A program made the position numbers and the translations under genes. A model generated the notes under the pieces. That model saw only the letters and a program-made list of their open reading frames with translations, was not told where the DNA came from and did no database searches. From an uncultured Gammaproteobacteria bacterium (GTDB lineage Bacteria; Pseudomonadota; Gammaproteobacteria; Steroidobacterales; Steroidobacteraceae), in contig CAVPJQ010000020.1 of NCBI GenBank assembly GCA_963705495.1, positions 4,504 to 68,503 on the forward strand: a stretch of DNA of 64,000 nucleotides, written 5' to 3'. Of this stretch, positions 51,796-59,943 are shown piece after piece; within the stretch, counting starts at the first letter, position 1, and each line of letters starts with the position of its first letter.

Positions 51796-53190
51796 TCAGG
51801 GCAGGGCGCGCAGCGGTTGCCGCGCCTGATCAAGGGAGCGGCCGATCTTGTCGGCCATCTCGTCAATCTCCGCATGCGTGATGACGAGCGGCGGGCACAT
51901 GACGATGGTGTCGCGAATGGCTCGCACCATCAGCCCGTTCTCGATACAGAGGTCACGCACGATGGGTCCCGCTGTTCCTTCCTTGTCTCCGAAACGAGCA
52001 TTCGTGCCCTTCTCGCGCACGATCTCTATGCCGCCAATCAGGCCCAGGGAGCGCGCCTCGCCGACGAGTTCGTGGGCGCCGAGGCGCGCCAGTGCCGCGG
52101 CGAAATAGGGACCTGCATCCGTGGCAACGCGCTGCACCAGGCCCTCGCGCTCGATGATCTCGATGTTCTTGAGAGCGACCGCGGCTGCTGTGGGATGGCC
52201 CGAATAGGTGAAGCCATGTGCAAACTCGTCATTCTTTTCTTTCAGCGCATTTACGATGCGAGCTTGCACCGCGGTCGCTGAGATCGGCGCATAGCCGGAA
52301 GACAGACCCTTCGCCATGGTCACGATGTCGGGCGTCACCTCGTAGTGTTGATGGCCGAACCATCGCCCAAGGCGTCCAAAACCGCAGATCACTTCGTCGC
52401 AGACCAACAGGATGCCGTGACGGCGACAGATCGCCTCGACCCGAGGCCAGTAGCCGGGCGGCGGAATGATGACGCCGCCTGCTCCCTGGACGGGCTCGCC
52501 GATGAAAGCCGCCACGTTTTCCGGACCGACTGCGAGGATGCGCTCCTCGATCGCGTTTGCCGCGCGCTCTGCGAAGGCCTGCGGGCTCTCACCAAAGCCC
52601 TCGCCGAACCAGTACGGCTGCATGACATGCTCGATGCCGGGAATGGGAAGGTCGCCCTGCACATGCATGTGTTTCATGCCGCCGAGACTGGCCGCGGCCA
52701 CGGTGGAACCGTGATACGCGTTCCAGCGGCTGATGAAAATCTTGCGCCGTGGCTGTCCCACCGACGCCCAGTAATGGCGCACGAGACGCAGAGCAGTGTC
52801 ATTCGCCTCTGAGCCTGAATTGCTGAAGAAGAAATGCGTCAGCTCGCCGCCGGTGAGCTTCGCCAGCTGCGTCGCCAGCAGTACGACAGGAGTCGTCGCC
52901 GTCCTGAAGAAAGTATTGTAGAAAGGCAGCTCGAGCATCTGATCGTACGCGGCGCGCGCCAGCTCCTCGCGTCCATAGCCAACGTTCACGCACCACAGAC
53001 CCGCCATGCCGTCGAGCAGCTCGCGCCCGTCGGCATCGTAGATGCGACTACCCTTGGCGCGGACGATGATGCGGCTGCCACCGAGCTGCTCCATGAGCCG
53101 GTAGTTCTGTTGCGCCGGAAGATGGTGGGCGAGATCGAGGCGCCGCAGAGTCTTGTGATCAGTGGTCGGAGTTGTCATTGGCCTGCTCAT
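51796..53190 (-). CDS. class-III omega-aminotransferase (putrescine/beta-alanine-pyruvate aminotransferase-like), intact
   Basis: 464 aa. GLWCVNVGYGREEL, FFSNSGSEANDTALRL, LVCDEVICGFGRLG, TMAKGLSSGYAPI. Confidence 0.85.
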   Translation of the reverse strand: MSRPMTTPTTDHKTLRRLDLAHHLPAQQNYRLMEQLGGSRIIVRAKGSRIYDADGRELLDGMAGLWCVNVGYGREELARAAYDQMLELPFYNTFFRTATTPVVLLATQLAKLTGGELTHFFFSNSGSEANDTALRLVRHYWASVGQPRRKIFISRWNAYHGSTVAAASLGGMKHMHVQGDLPIPGIEHVMQPYWFGEGFGESPQAFAERAANAIEERILAVGPENVAAFIGEPVQGAGGVIIPPPGYWPRVEAICRRHGILLVCDEVICGFGRLGRWFGHQHYEVTPDIVTMAKGLSSGYAPISATAVQARIVNALKEKNDEFAHGFTYSGHPTAAAVALKNIEIIEREGLVQRVATDAGPYFAAALARLGAHELVGEARSLGLIGGIEIVREKGTNARFGDKEGTAGPIVRDLCIENGLMVRAIRDTIVMCPPLVITHAEIDEMADKIGRSLDQARQPLRALP

Positions 53191-54889
53191 GAGTGTCGCT
53201 GGGACCGATCAGCTGGGCCCCATCGTTGAAGGTGTAGACGACCTTGGTGGCAAGGACGTCGGCGCTCGAGCTCGAAGCATCGAGGCTTCGATCGAGCACA
53301 ATGATATTCGCAGCCTTTCCAGGCTCCAATGAGCCCACCTCCGCCTCACGCTCCAGCATGCGTGCGGCGTTGATCGTGTACGCGGTATACATCTCGCGCA
53401 GTGTCAGTTCTTCGCCTTTGCCAAGCACACCGCGTTGCGGCTCCGCGGGATTGGTCCGCGACATCGCTATCGCGATCGCCTCGAAGGGATTGTAAGTGGA
53501 AACGTCCCAGTCGCTTCCACCCGCGACCCTCGCGCCAGCCGCCCACAGCGTGCGTTCGGGGTACAGTCTCGCCTGGCGTTCGGGACCGATGTAGGGGAGC
53601 ACGGCTTCGACGGAGTAGTTGTCCGGCCGTGCCCACTGCAGTTGGAGCGAGGCGGTGACGTCGAGCGCGCGAAACCGGGGAATGTCCGCCGGATCCACAA
53701 GCTCGAGATGCGCGAAGCTGTACGAGCGCTTGCTGCCCTGCGCACGGGCGGCAGCGAATGCGTCCAAACCGACACGCGCCGCGCGGTCGCCGATCGCGTG
53801 AATGTGGATGCCGAACCCTTCAGCGTCGGCGCGCCGCACGAAGTCAATGAGAGGCCCCGTCTCATAATAGAGTGGGCCGAGGTTCTTGCCGGGTTTGCCA
53901 TTCGCCTCGAGATAGGGCTCAAGCACGGCGGCGGTTTGCGACGGAGACTCCATGACGCCGTCCTCAAAGAGCTTGATGACTCCAGCGCGCAGCTGTGGCT
54001 GCGACTCCGCGAGCTTGCGCAAATCCTTGAGGCGTGAGAACTCGTCGTCGCTCGTGACTCCGTTGCTCCCGAGCGCGAACGTGACTCGTGCGGGCAGCTG
54101 GTTCTTGCGGGCGAGGCTGACGTAGGTGTCAACGGTCTCAGCGTCCGTATTGGCTTCCATAAACGTAGTGATCCCCGACGCGGCGAGGTCGTGCAGCGCC
54201 TTCACCAACACGCGCTCGCGTTGCTCCGGAGTGGGTTTGTCAAGGTGGTCCGTGACAAGATCAACGGCTTCGTCGACCAGAAACCCCGTCGGCATGCCGT
54301 TTCGATCGCGACCGATGCGTCCGCCCGCGGGATCTGCCGTCTCGCGCCCGATTCCGACACGATTGAGCGCCATGGTGTTGGCCCAGCCGTTGTGACCGTC
54401 AGCGCCCCACAGCAGGAGTGGCCGGCCCGGGACGATGGCATCGATTGACTTGCGATCAGCCCTGAATCCCGCGCCGTTCAGACCTTGCACGACGACCCAG
54501 CCTGCCCCCGGAGTGCGTTCGGCACACTGGCGAACGAGCGGCACAACTTGAGGCAGAGTGAGTGGCTTGTCGCCCAAAGTGCAGTAGTCGAGCGCGAGCG
54601 CGCCGTCCATGAGGTGAATGTGCGTGTCGATCAGGCCTGGCAGCACCGTGACGCCCTTGACTCGCAGCACCCGCGTGGTCTTGCCGATCCAGCCCTGCGC
54701 ACCCGCATCGTCACCGATGTACGCAATCTTGCCGGAGCGAACCGCCAGCGCGGATGCATCGGGCTGCGCAGAATTCATGGTGACAACGGCTGCATCGAGG
54801 ATGACGAGGTCAGCGACCTCCGCCTGAGGTTTGCGCGCGCAGGCTGATACGAGAAGCACAGCCACCAGCATGCAGATCCTGACGATCAT
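53159..54889 (-). CDS. metal-dependent amidohydrolase (amidohydrolase-3/YtcJ-like), probable lipoprotein, intact
   Basis: Start at ATG 54889 (MIVRICMLVAVLLVSAC lipobox). VLPGLIDTHIHL, HIHAIGDRA, GSDWDV. It overlaps the next gene's start by 20-32 nt. Confidence 0.8.
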   Translation of the reverse strand: MIVRICMLVAVLLVSACARKPQAEVADLVILDAAVVTMNSAQPDASALAVRSGKIAYIGDDAGAQGWIGKTTRVLRVKGVTVLPGLIDTHIHLMDGALALDYCTLGDKPLTLPQVVPLVRQCAERTPGAGWVVVQGLNGAGFRADRKSIDAIVPGRPLLLWGADGHNGWANTMALNRVGIGRETADPAGGRIGRDRNGMPTGFLVDEAVDLVTDHLDKPTPEQRERVLVKALHDLAASGITTFMEANTDAETVDTYVSLARKNQLPARVTFALGSNGVTSDDEFSRLKDLRKLAESQPQLRAGVIKLFEDGVMESPSQTAAVLEPYLEANGKPGKNLGPLYYETGPLIDFVRRADAEGFGIHIHAIGDRAARVGLDAFAAARAQGSKRSYSFAHLELVDPADIPRFRALDVTASLQLQWARPDNYSVEAVLPYIGPERQARLYPERTLWAAGARVAGGSDWDVSTYNPFEAIAIAMSRTNPAEPQRGVLGKGEELTLREMYTAYTINAARMLEREAEVGSLEPGKAANIIVLDRSLDASSSSADVLATKVVYTFNDGAQLIGPSDTHEQANDNSDH

Positions 54890-54935
54890 TGTTCGCTCTC
54901 TCCGCAGGAAATCCGGGCTACTAGTCTTCGTCACG

Positions 54936-55925
54936 CTATCGGGTGACGTCTATCACGATACGGCCGCGGACGCCGCCGCTGAGGATGAGATCGGCCAGCT
55001 GAGGAAGTTTCGACATGGGCTCTTCAGTGGTGATGTTCGCAAGGCGCTCTGGCTCGAGATCTCTTGCGAGGCGCGCCCAGGCCGCTTGACGGGCGGTTTG
55101 CGGAGCCATCACCGAATCCACGCCCAACAATGCGATGCCGCGCAGGATATGCGGTAGCACGGTGGCTTTCGGCATGCTGGCGCCGCCGGCGAGGCCGCAG
55201 GCGGCTACCGCGCCGCCATACAGCGTCTGTGCCAGAACATTGACGAGGGCGAGTCCGCCGACTGTATCGATACCCGCGCCCCAGCGCTCCTTCTGCAGCG
55301 GGCCGCCCTCGGCCAGCAATTCTTCCCTACTGACGAAGGCTGTGGCACCGAGCTTCGTCAGGTAGTCGTGCGTCGTGGGACGCCCAGTCGAGGCCGTGAC
55401 CGAATAGCCGCGCGCCGACGCGAGGGCAACTGCAATCGAACCGACGCCGCCTGCCGCGCCCGTCACCAGCACGGGCCCGTTGCGGACGCCCCAACGTTCG
55501 ATCGCATCAACGCACAAAGCAGCCGTGTATCCAGCGGTCCCGATGGCCATCGCTTGCTTGGTCGAAAAGCAATCCGGAATCCGAACGAGCCACTCCCCCT
55601 TGACTCGTTGATAGCGCGTGTAGCCACCGGATTGCGTTTCGGACAGACCCCAGCCGTTGACTGCTACTCGCTCACCCGGCTTGAACTCCGGGTTCCGGCT
55701 CTCGACTACCCTACCCGCCAGATCGATGCCTGCGATCAGTGGCGGTTTACGCACGATCTTCTGCTTGCCGGAGATCGCGAGTCCGTCCTTATAGTTCAGG
55801 GTCGAAAACTCGACTTCGACCAGAACATCGTGTGCGGGAAGGTCATCAAGAGTGAGTGATTTGAAGGTGGCCTTGGGCTTGCCGTCAATTTCTTCGATGA
55901 CAAGGGCCTGAAAGGTTTCAGCCAT
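54936..55925 (-). CDS. MDR-family NADPH:quinone/acrylyl-CoA reductase (YhdH/AcuI-like), intact
   Basis: Collinear with YhdH: VEVEFSTLNYKDGLAISGKQKIVRKPPLIAGIDLAGRV, VLVTGAAGGVGSIAV. Start chosen at the ATG with GGAG upstream. ATG 55937 is also possible. Confidence 0.8.
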   Translation of the reverse strand: MAETFQALVIEEIDGKPKATFKSLTLDDLPAHDVLVEVEFSTLNYKDGLAISGKQKIVRKPPLIAGIDLAGRVVESRNPEFKPGERVAVNGWGLSETQSGGYTRYQRVKGEWLVRIPDCFSTKQAMAIGTAGYTAALCVDAIERWGVRNGPVLVTGAAGGVGSIAVALASARGYSVTASTGRPTTHDYLTKLGATAFVSREELLAEGGPLQKERWGAGIDTVGGLALVNVLAQTLYGGAVAACGLAGGASMPKATVLPHILRGIALLGVDSVMAPQTARQAAWARLARDLEPERLANITTEEPMSKLPQLADLILSGGVRGRIVIDVTR

Positions 55926-56018
55926 TGGCTGCTCCATTTGCGCAGTGAGGAGGCCGCGTTCTCAGTTCGAATACCGCTCGGCCCTCGTAAGGATACAACA
56001 GGCTCCGCGAGCGCGGAT

Positions 56019-56771
56019 TCAGTGCAGGGGGCGGGTGTACGTGAGCATCAAGCCACCATTCACTGGCACAACCATGAATGCCGAGCGGGGCGCGCGTGCC
56101 TCACCGCGGTGCATCGTGAAATGCGCGGTTGCAATTCCCAATGCAGCCCCGGCAACGGTGTCTGACAACCAGTGGACGTTGTCATGGATTCGAGCGTAGG
56201 CAGTGGCGCTCGCAAGGCCGTACCCGAGCGCTCGTCGCAGCCAGCGGTACTCGTCACCGCCGGATTCGGCGAGCACCGTGCCGATGGCAAAGGTCGCACT
56301 GACGTGCAGGGATGGAAATGAGTCACCGCCCTGGAACCATTCATCGACCTGGGTGGTCTCGTTGGGCCTCTTGCGCCCCGACGCGAATTTTAGAAGCGTG
56401 GTGCTGATGGCACTGAATCCGGCCGCTTCCAGCATCTCCCGCCCCTCTTCATAACCATCCCGATCGTCAAAGAGTGCGGCAAAGGCCCACGTGCCGACGA
56501 CCATTGCTGCCGCGGGAGCGGCATCGCGCAGGCTGTTAGGGTCGCTCCCATCGAGCGTCGCATTCGAACCGCTCGCAAAGTGTGCCCGCACATTGTCGTC
56601 ATATTCGTGCGCCACGCCGATGGCCACTATCGTTTCGCCAAAGTACAGCCAATCATTCTTGTCCCATCGAGCGGGCGCTGTGAAATACAGCTTGGTGTCC
56701 TCCAGCAGCGCGTGGCCATTCAATGGCCTGGCAGCACACTGCTGAGACAGCCAGAAACTGGCAATCAGCAA
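56019..56771 (-). CDS. PAP2-superfamily phosphatase
   Basis: Motifs GRKRPNE, SFPSLH and ARIHDNVHWLSDT. The start is uncertain: TTG 56771 was taken and there is no upstream ATG/GTG. Confidence 0.7.
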   Translation of the reverse strand: MLIASFWLSQQCAARPLNGHALLEDTKLYFTAPARWDKNDWLYFGETIVAIGVAHEYDDNVRAHFASGSNATLDGSDPNSLRDAAPAAAMVVGTWAFAALFDDRDGYEEGREMLEAAGFSAISTTLLKFASGRKRPNETTQVDEWFQGGDSFPSLHVSATFAIGTVLAESGGDEYRWLRRALGYGLASATAYARIHDNVHWLSDTVAGAALGIATAHFTMHRGEARAPRSAFMVVPVNGGLMLTYTRPLH

Positions 56772-56899
56772 TGCGTATGTGAGAGGGAGGGGTATGCGCG
56801 ACGGCAGAATACTTTTGCCTAGAGTCTAGCCGGTGGTAACGTTGTTTCGGGAGAGAGCGTTTTTCGCTCACGAGTTCCATCGACCATCGGGGATTAGAC

Positions 56900-57271
56900 G
56901 TGCGAGCCTCCAAAAATCAATCGCTCATCGCACGAATTCGGTTCGCATGCTCAGGATTCGCACAGGGCCTGCGTGCTGAGCAGAGCCTGCGCTTGCACGT
57001 ATTGGCATTCGCGTTGGTGTTGGTCGCGCTGAGCGTATTTCGCCCCGAACCCGCATGGTGGGCGCTCGTCATTCTTGCAAGCGCGGGAGTCATTTCCGCT
57101 GAACTATTCAACACCGCGATAGAGCGTCTTGCGGACCGTCTGCATCCGGAGGCCCATCCCGCCATCGGCATGGTCAAGGACTGCGCCGCCGCTGCGGTTC
57201 TGATCGCCGCACTGGCGGCGCTGGCAGTTGCGGCGGCTCTCCTCGTACACCTGATCGCACGTGGTCAATGA
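56900..57271 (+). CDS. dgkA: diacylglycerol kinase (prokaryotic DgkA family)
   Basis: 123 aa, GTG start, three TM helices, ISAELFNTAIERLADRL motif. Confidence 0.8.
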   Translation: MRASKNQSLIARIRFACSGFAQGLRAEQSLRLHVLAFALVLVALSVFRPEPAWWALVILASAGVISAELFNTAIERLADRLHPEAHPAIGMVKDCAAAAVLIAALAALAVAAALLVHLIARGQ

Positions 57272-57327
57272 CGTGCAAATCCGATTGCCGTACTCGTCCG
57301 GCAACACTTCAACTGGGAGGCAAGCAA

Positions 57328-58284
57328 ATGGAACCGAATCCCCACATCCTGAAGCATCACCACATCACTCTGAATGTCGGCACCGCTCAGGACGATTACG
57401 ACTTTCACACCAAAGTGCTCGGATTGAAGAGCGTGAAGAAGACGGCGCTCTATGACGGAGACGAGCCGATCTATCACCTCTACTATGGCAATGATCTCGG
57501 CGACGAAAGTACCCTGATCACCTGCTTTCCGATGCGTCAGTCCGGTCGCAAGGCGCGCCCCGGTACGGGCCAGATCAAGACGCTTGCCCTGTCCGTACCG
57601 CGATCGTCGCTCAAGTTTTGGCAAGAGCACCTCAAAAAGCACGGCATCAACACACTCGATGACGAGCGATTTGGCGAGCGGATGCTTCGATTCAAGCACC
57701 CCTGCGGAATCGAATATGCCTTTGTCGGCATCGACGATGACAGTCGAAAGCCCTACTCGAACGGCGTAGTTCCCTCGGAGTGTGGCATTCGGGGCACGCA
57801 CGGCATCACGGTGTCGGTGCGTGACTCGGAAAACTCCGAAGAATTCATTCAGGACGGTTGGAGCGGTAAAAATCGACGCATCGATGGCACAACGATTCGC
57901 TATGAAGTCGGAACAGGCGGCACGGGCACGATCGTTGATTTCCTGAAGGAGCCGACTGTTCCCCAGGGTTCGTGGGCCTATGGCGAGGGTACGGTTCATC
58001 ACTGCGCCTTCAAAGTCGCAACGCTCGACATCCAGAGCAACGTCAAGTTTCGACTGGAAGGCCTGGGATACACCGATACATCGGATCGGAAGGATCGTGG
58101 ATACTTCGACTCGATCTACGTACGCACGCCCGCTGGCGCGCTGTTCGAAGCTTGCGTCTCCAAGGCCGAGGGATTTCTTGTCGACGAGTGCTACGAGGAT
58201 CTCGGCAAGAGCCTGCAGATTCCGCCCCCGTTCCGCGACCGCGAGAAAAGTATTGCTTCGTACCTTGAGCCGCTCAAGTACTAG
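57328..58284 (+). CDS. VOC-family ring-cleaving dioxygenase (two glyoxalase-like domains)
   Basis: GGGAGG before ATG 57328. HHITLNVGTAQDDYDFHTKVLGLK...HLYYG and a second repeat THGITVSV...VHHCAF...GYFDSIYVRTPAGALFE. Confidence 0.75.
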   Translation: MEPNPHILKHHHITLNVGTAQDDYDFHTKVLGLKSVKKTALYDGDEPIYHLYYGNDLGDESTLITCFPMRQSGRKARPGTGQIKTLALSVPRSSLKFWQEHLKKHGINTLDDERFGERMLRFKHPCGIEYAFVGIDDDSRKPYSNGVVPSECGIRGTHGITVSVRDSENSEEFIQDGWSGKNRRIDGTTIRYEVGTGGTGTIVDFLKEPTVPQGSWAYGEGTVHHCAFKVATLDIQSNVKFRLEGLGYTDTSDRKDRGYFDSIYVRTPAGALFEACVSKAEGFLVDECYEDLGKSLQIPPPFRDREKSIASYLEPLKY

Positions 58285-58301
58285 GGCAGTAACCTCATCG
58301 A

Positions 58302-59201
58302 ATGCACGCGAGCGCAGAACAAGGCACCCTCAAGTTTTCAATCGCTTTGACGGTATTGCTGGGCGTGCTCGGTGTCGCAAGCGGACTCGTAACTAGCTCG
58401 CAAGCCATCATCTTCGATGGCATGTACAGCTTCGTCGACGTTGTGCCAACGGTCGTGTCGCTGCTCGTGGTGAAACTGATCGCTCGAGGAACAAGTCAGC
58501 GCTTCCAGTTTGGATACTGGCATCTTGAACCCCTGGTGGCCGTGCTCCGCGACAGCATTCTGGTGGTGGCCTGCATCTACGCCGCGATCGATGCTGTGAA
58601 GACGCTGACCAGCGGCGGTCACGATGTGGAGTATGGGCGAGCCGCGTTGTGGGCGGGCATTCTCTGCGTCATCGGTTTTGCGATGACGCTGTTTCTGAGC
58701 CGGCGCGCCAAGGCACTTCAGTCCCCGATGCTCAAACTCGATGCACGGAGCTGGGTGGTGAGCGCATTCCTCAGCCTGGCGCTCTTGATCGGCTTTGCCA
58801 TAGCCACGGCGCTTGCAGATACGCCATTGCAAGGCTGGATCCCGTACCTGGATGCAATTGCGCTCCTCAGCATGGCGCTCATCATGTTGCCCATGCCGCT
58901 GATTGGTTTGTGGCGCTCAATGAGCGACGTACTCCAGGTGGCCCCGGATGAGCTCGACACCCAAGTTCACGCCGTCATGGCCAGTGTCGTGAAGGAACGC
59001 CAATTTCTCGACTATTCGAGCTACATCGCGAAGGCGGGTCGCGGGAGATTCGTCGAGATTCACGTACTGGTATCTCCGGAATCTCGAATCGATACCGCAA
59101 CGGCAGATGCGATCCGGCGCGACGTTTCAGATCGCCTCGGTGCCGCCACGCCGACCTTTTGGCTCACGATCGATTTCACCGCCGACCGAAGATGGCTGTG
59201 A
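58302..59201 (+). CDS. cation diffusion facilitator family transporter
   Basis: 299 aa with six TM helices. SQAIIFDGMYSFVDV and a cytoplasmic C-terminal domain. Confidence 0.75.
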   Translation: MHASAEQGTLKFSIALTVLLGVLGVASGLVTSSQAIIFDGMYSFVDVVPTVVSLLVVKLIARGTSQRFQFGYWHLEPLVAVLRDSILVVACIYAAIDAVKTLTSGGHDVEYGRAALWAGILCVIGFAMTLFLSRRAKALQSPMLKLDARSWVVSAFLSLALLIGFAIATALADTPLQGWIPYLDAIALLSMALIMLPMPLIGLWRSMSDVLQVAPDELDTQVHAVMASVVKERQFLDYSSYIAKAGRGRFVEIHVLVSPESRIDTATADAIRRDVSDRLGAATPTFWLTIDFTADRRWL

Positions 59202-59943
59202 GGCTGTATGTTCGGGGTGAGGCGAATTCGCGAGTCAATGCAGACCCATGGCGGATCTTGGTTTGGCCCTAAAGTCTTGATCTTGAAGGGCAGGTGGCTG
59301 TCTGCTTTCAGCCCCTACTGAGCCCGCACGCCCGACACTCACGCGATCTCTGGCGGCAGGTAGCGCAGGCGCTCGATGCGATCGGGGGACGCTTGCCGGG
59401 CGATTCCGGCTCGCCGGCCCGCATTTGCCCTTTGACGGCGGCGATGCGGGGAGCTGGAACTCGATCGACTGACTGCCCCGCAGAAAAGGGTCCTGAGATC
59501 ATTCACGCGCGTTCGCCGATAGATCGCTCCGTCGTCAGGAGTCCGTACGTAGCGGTCGAAGAACTCGTTGCTCAGTGAAGGCGTTCATTCGCTCGTCGAC
59601 ACCACCAGCGAACTGTTGCTGCTGTATGGGATGAGGCGGGCTGCTCGGCCTGCCGAATTGAACCACCCGTTGTCCTGCCTGGACGCGCCCCGATGAGCTT
59701 GTCGGCAGCACGCGCGGATGTCCCCGTGATCATTACCCGCGTGTCTACGGCAGGCACTGAAACGAGAAGTTCGCTTCACCCCCGAGACGTTGTTGTGTTT
59801 TATATATGCAAGGTGTATTTATAGACAAAACAAAGTATCGTTTTGGTTATGTGACGTGGCGGTCGGTGACACCGCCTTGTCGGGACGCGAACCAGAAATC
59901 TTTGGGTGTACGCCCTTTGGTACACCCGCACTTGGAGGGGGAT

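Noticed and set aside
59294-59578. 94-aa plus-strand ORF in the gene-poor gap.
   Set aside because: It has no RBS, no family resemblance and a composition typical of a random GC-rich frame.
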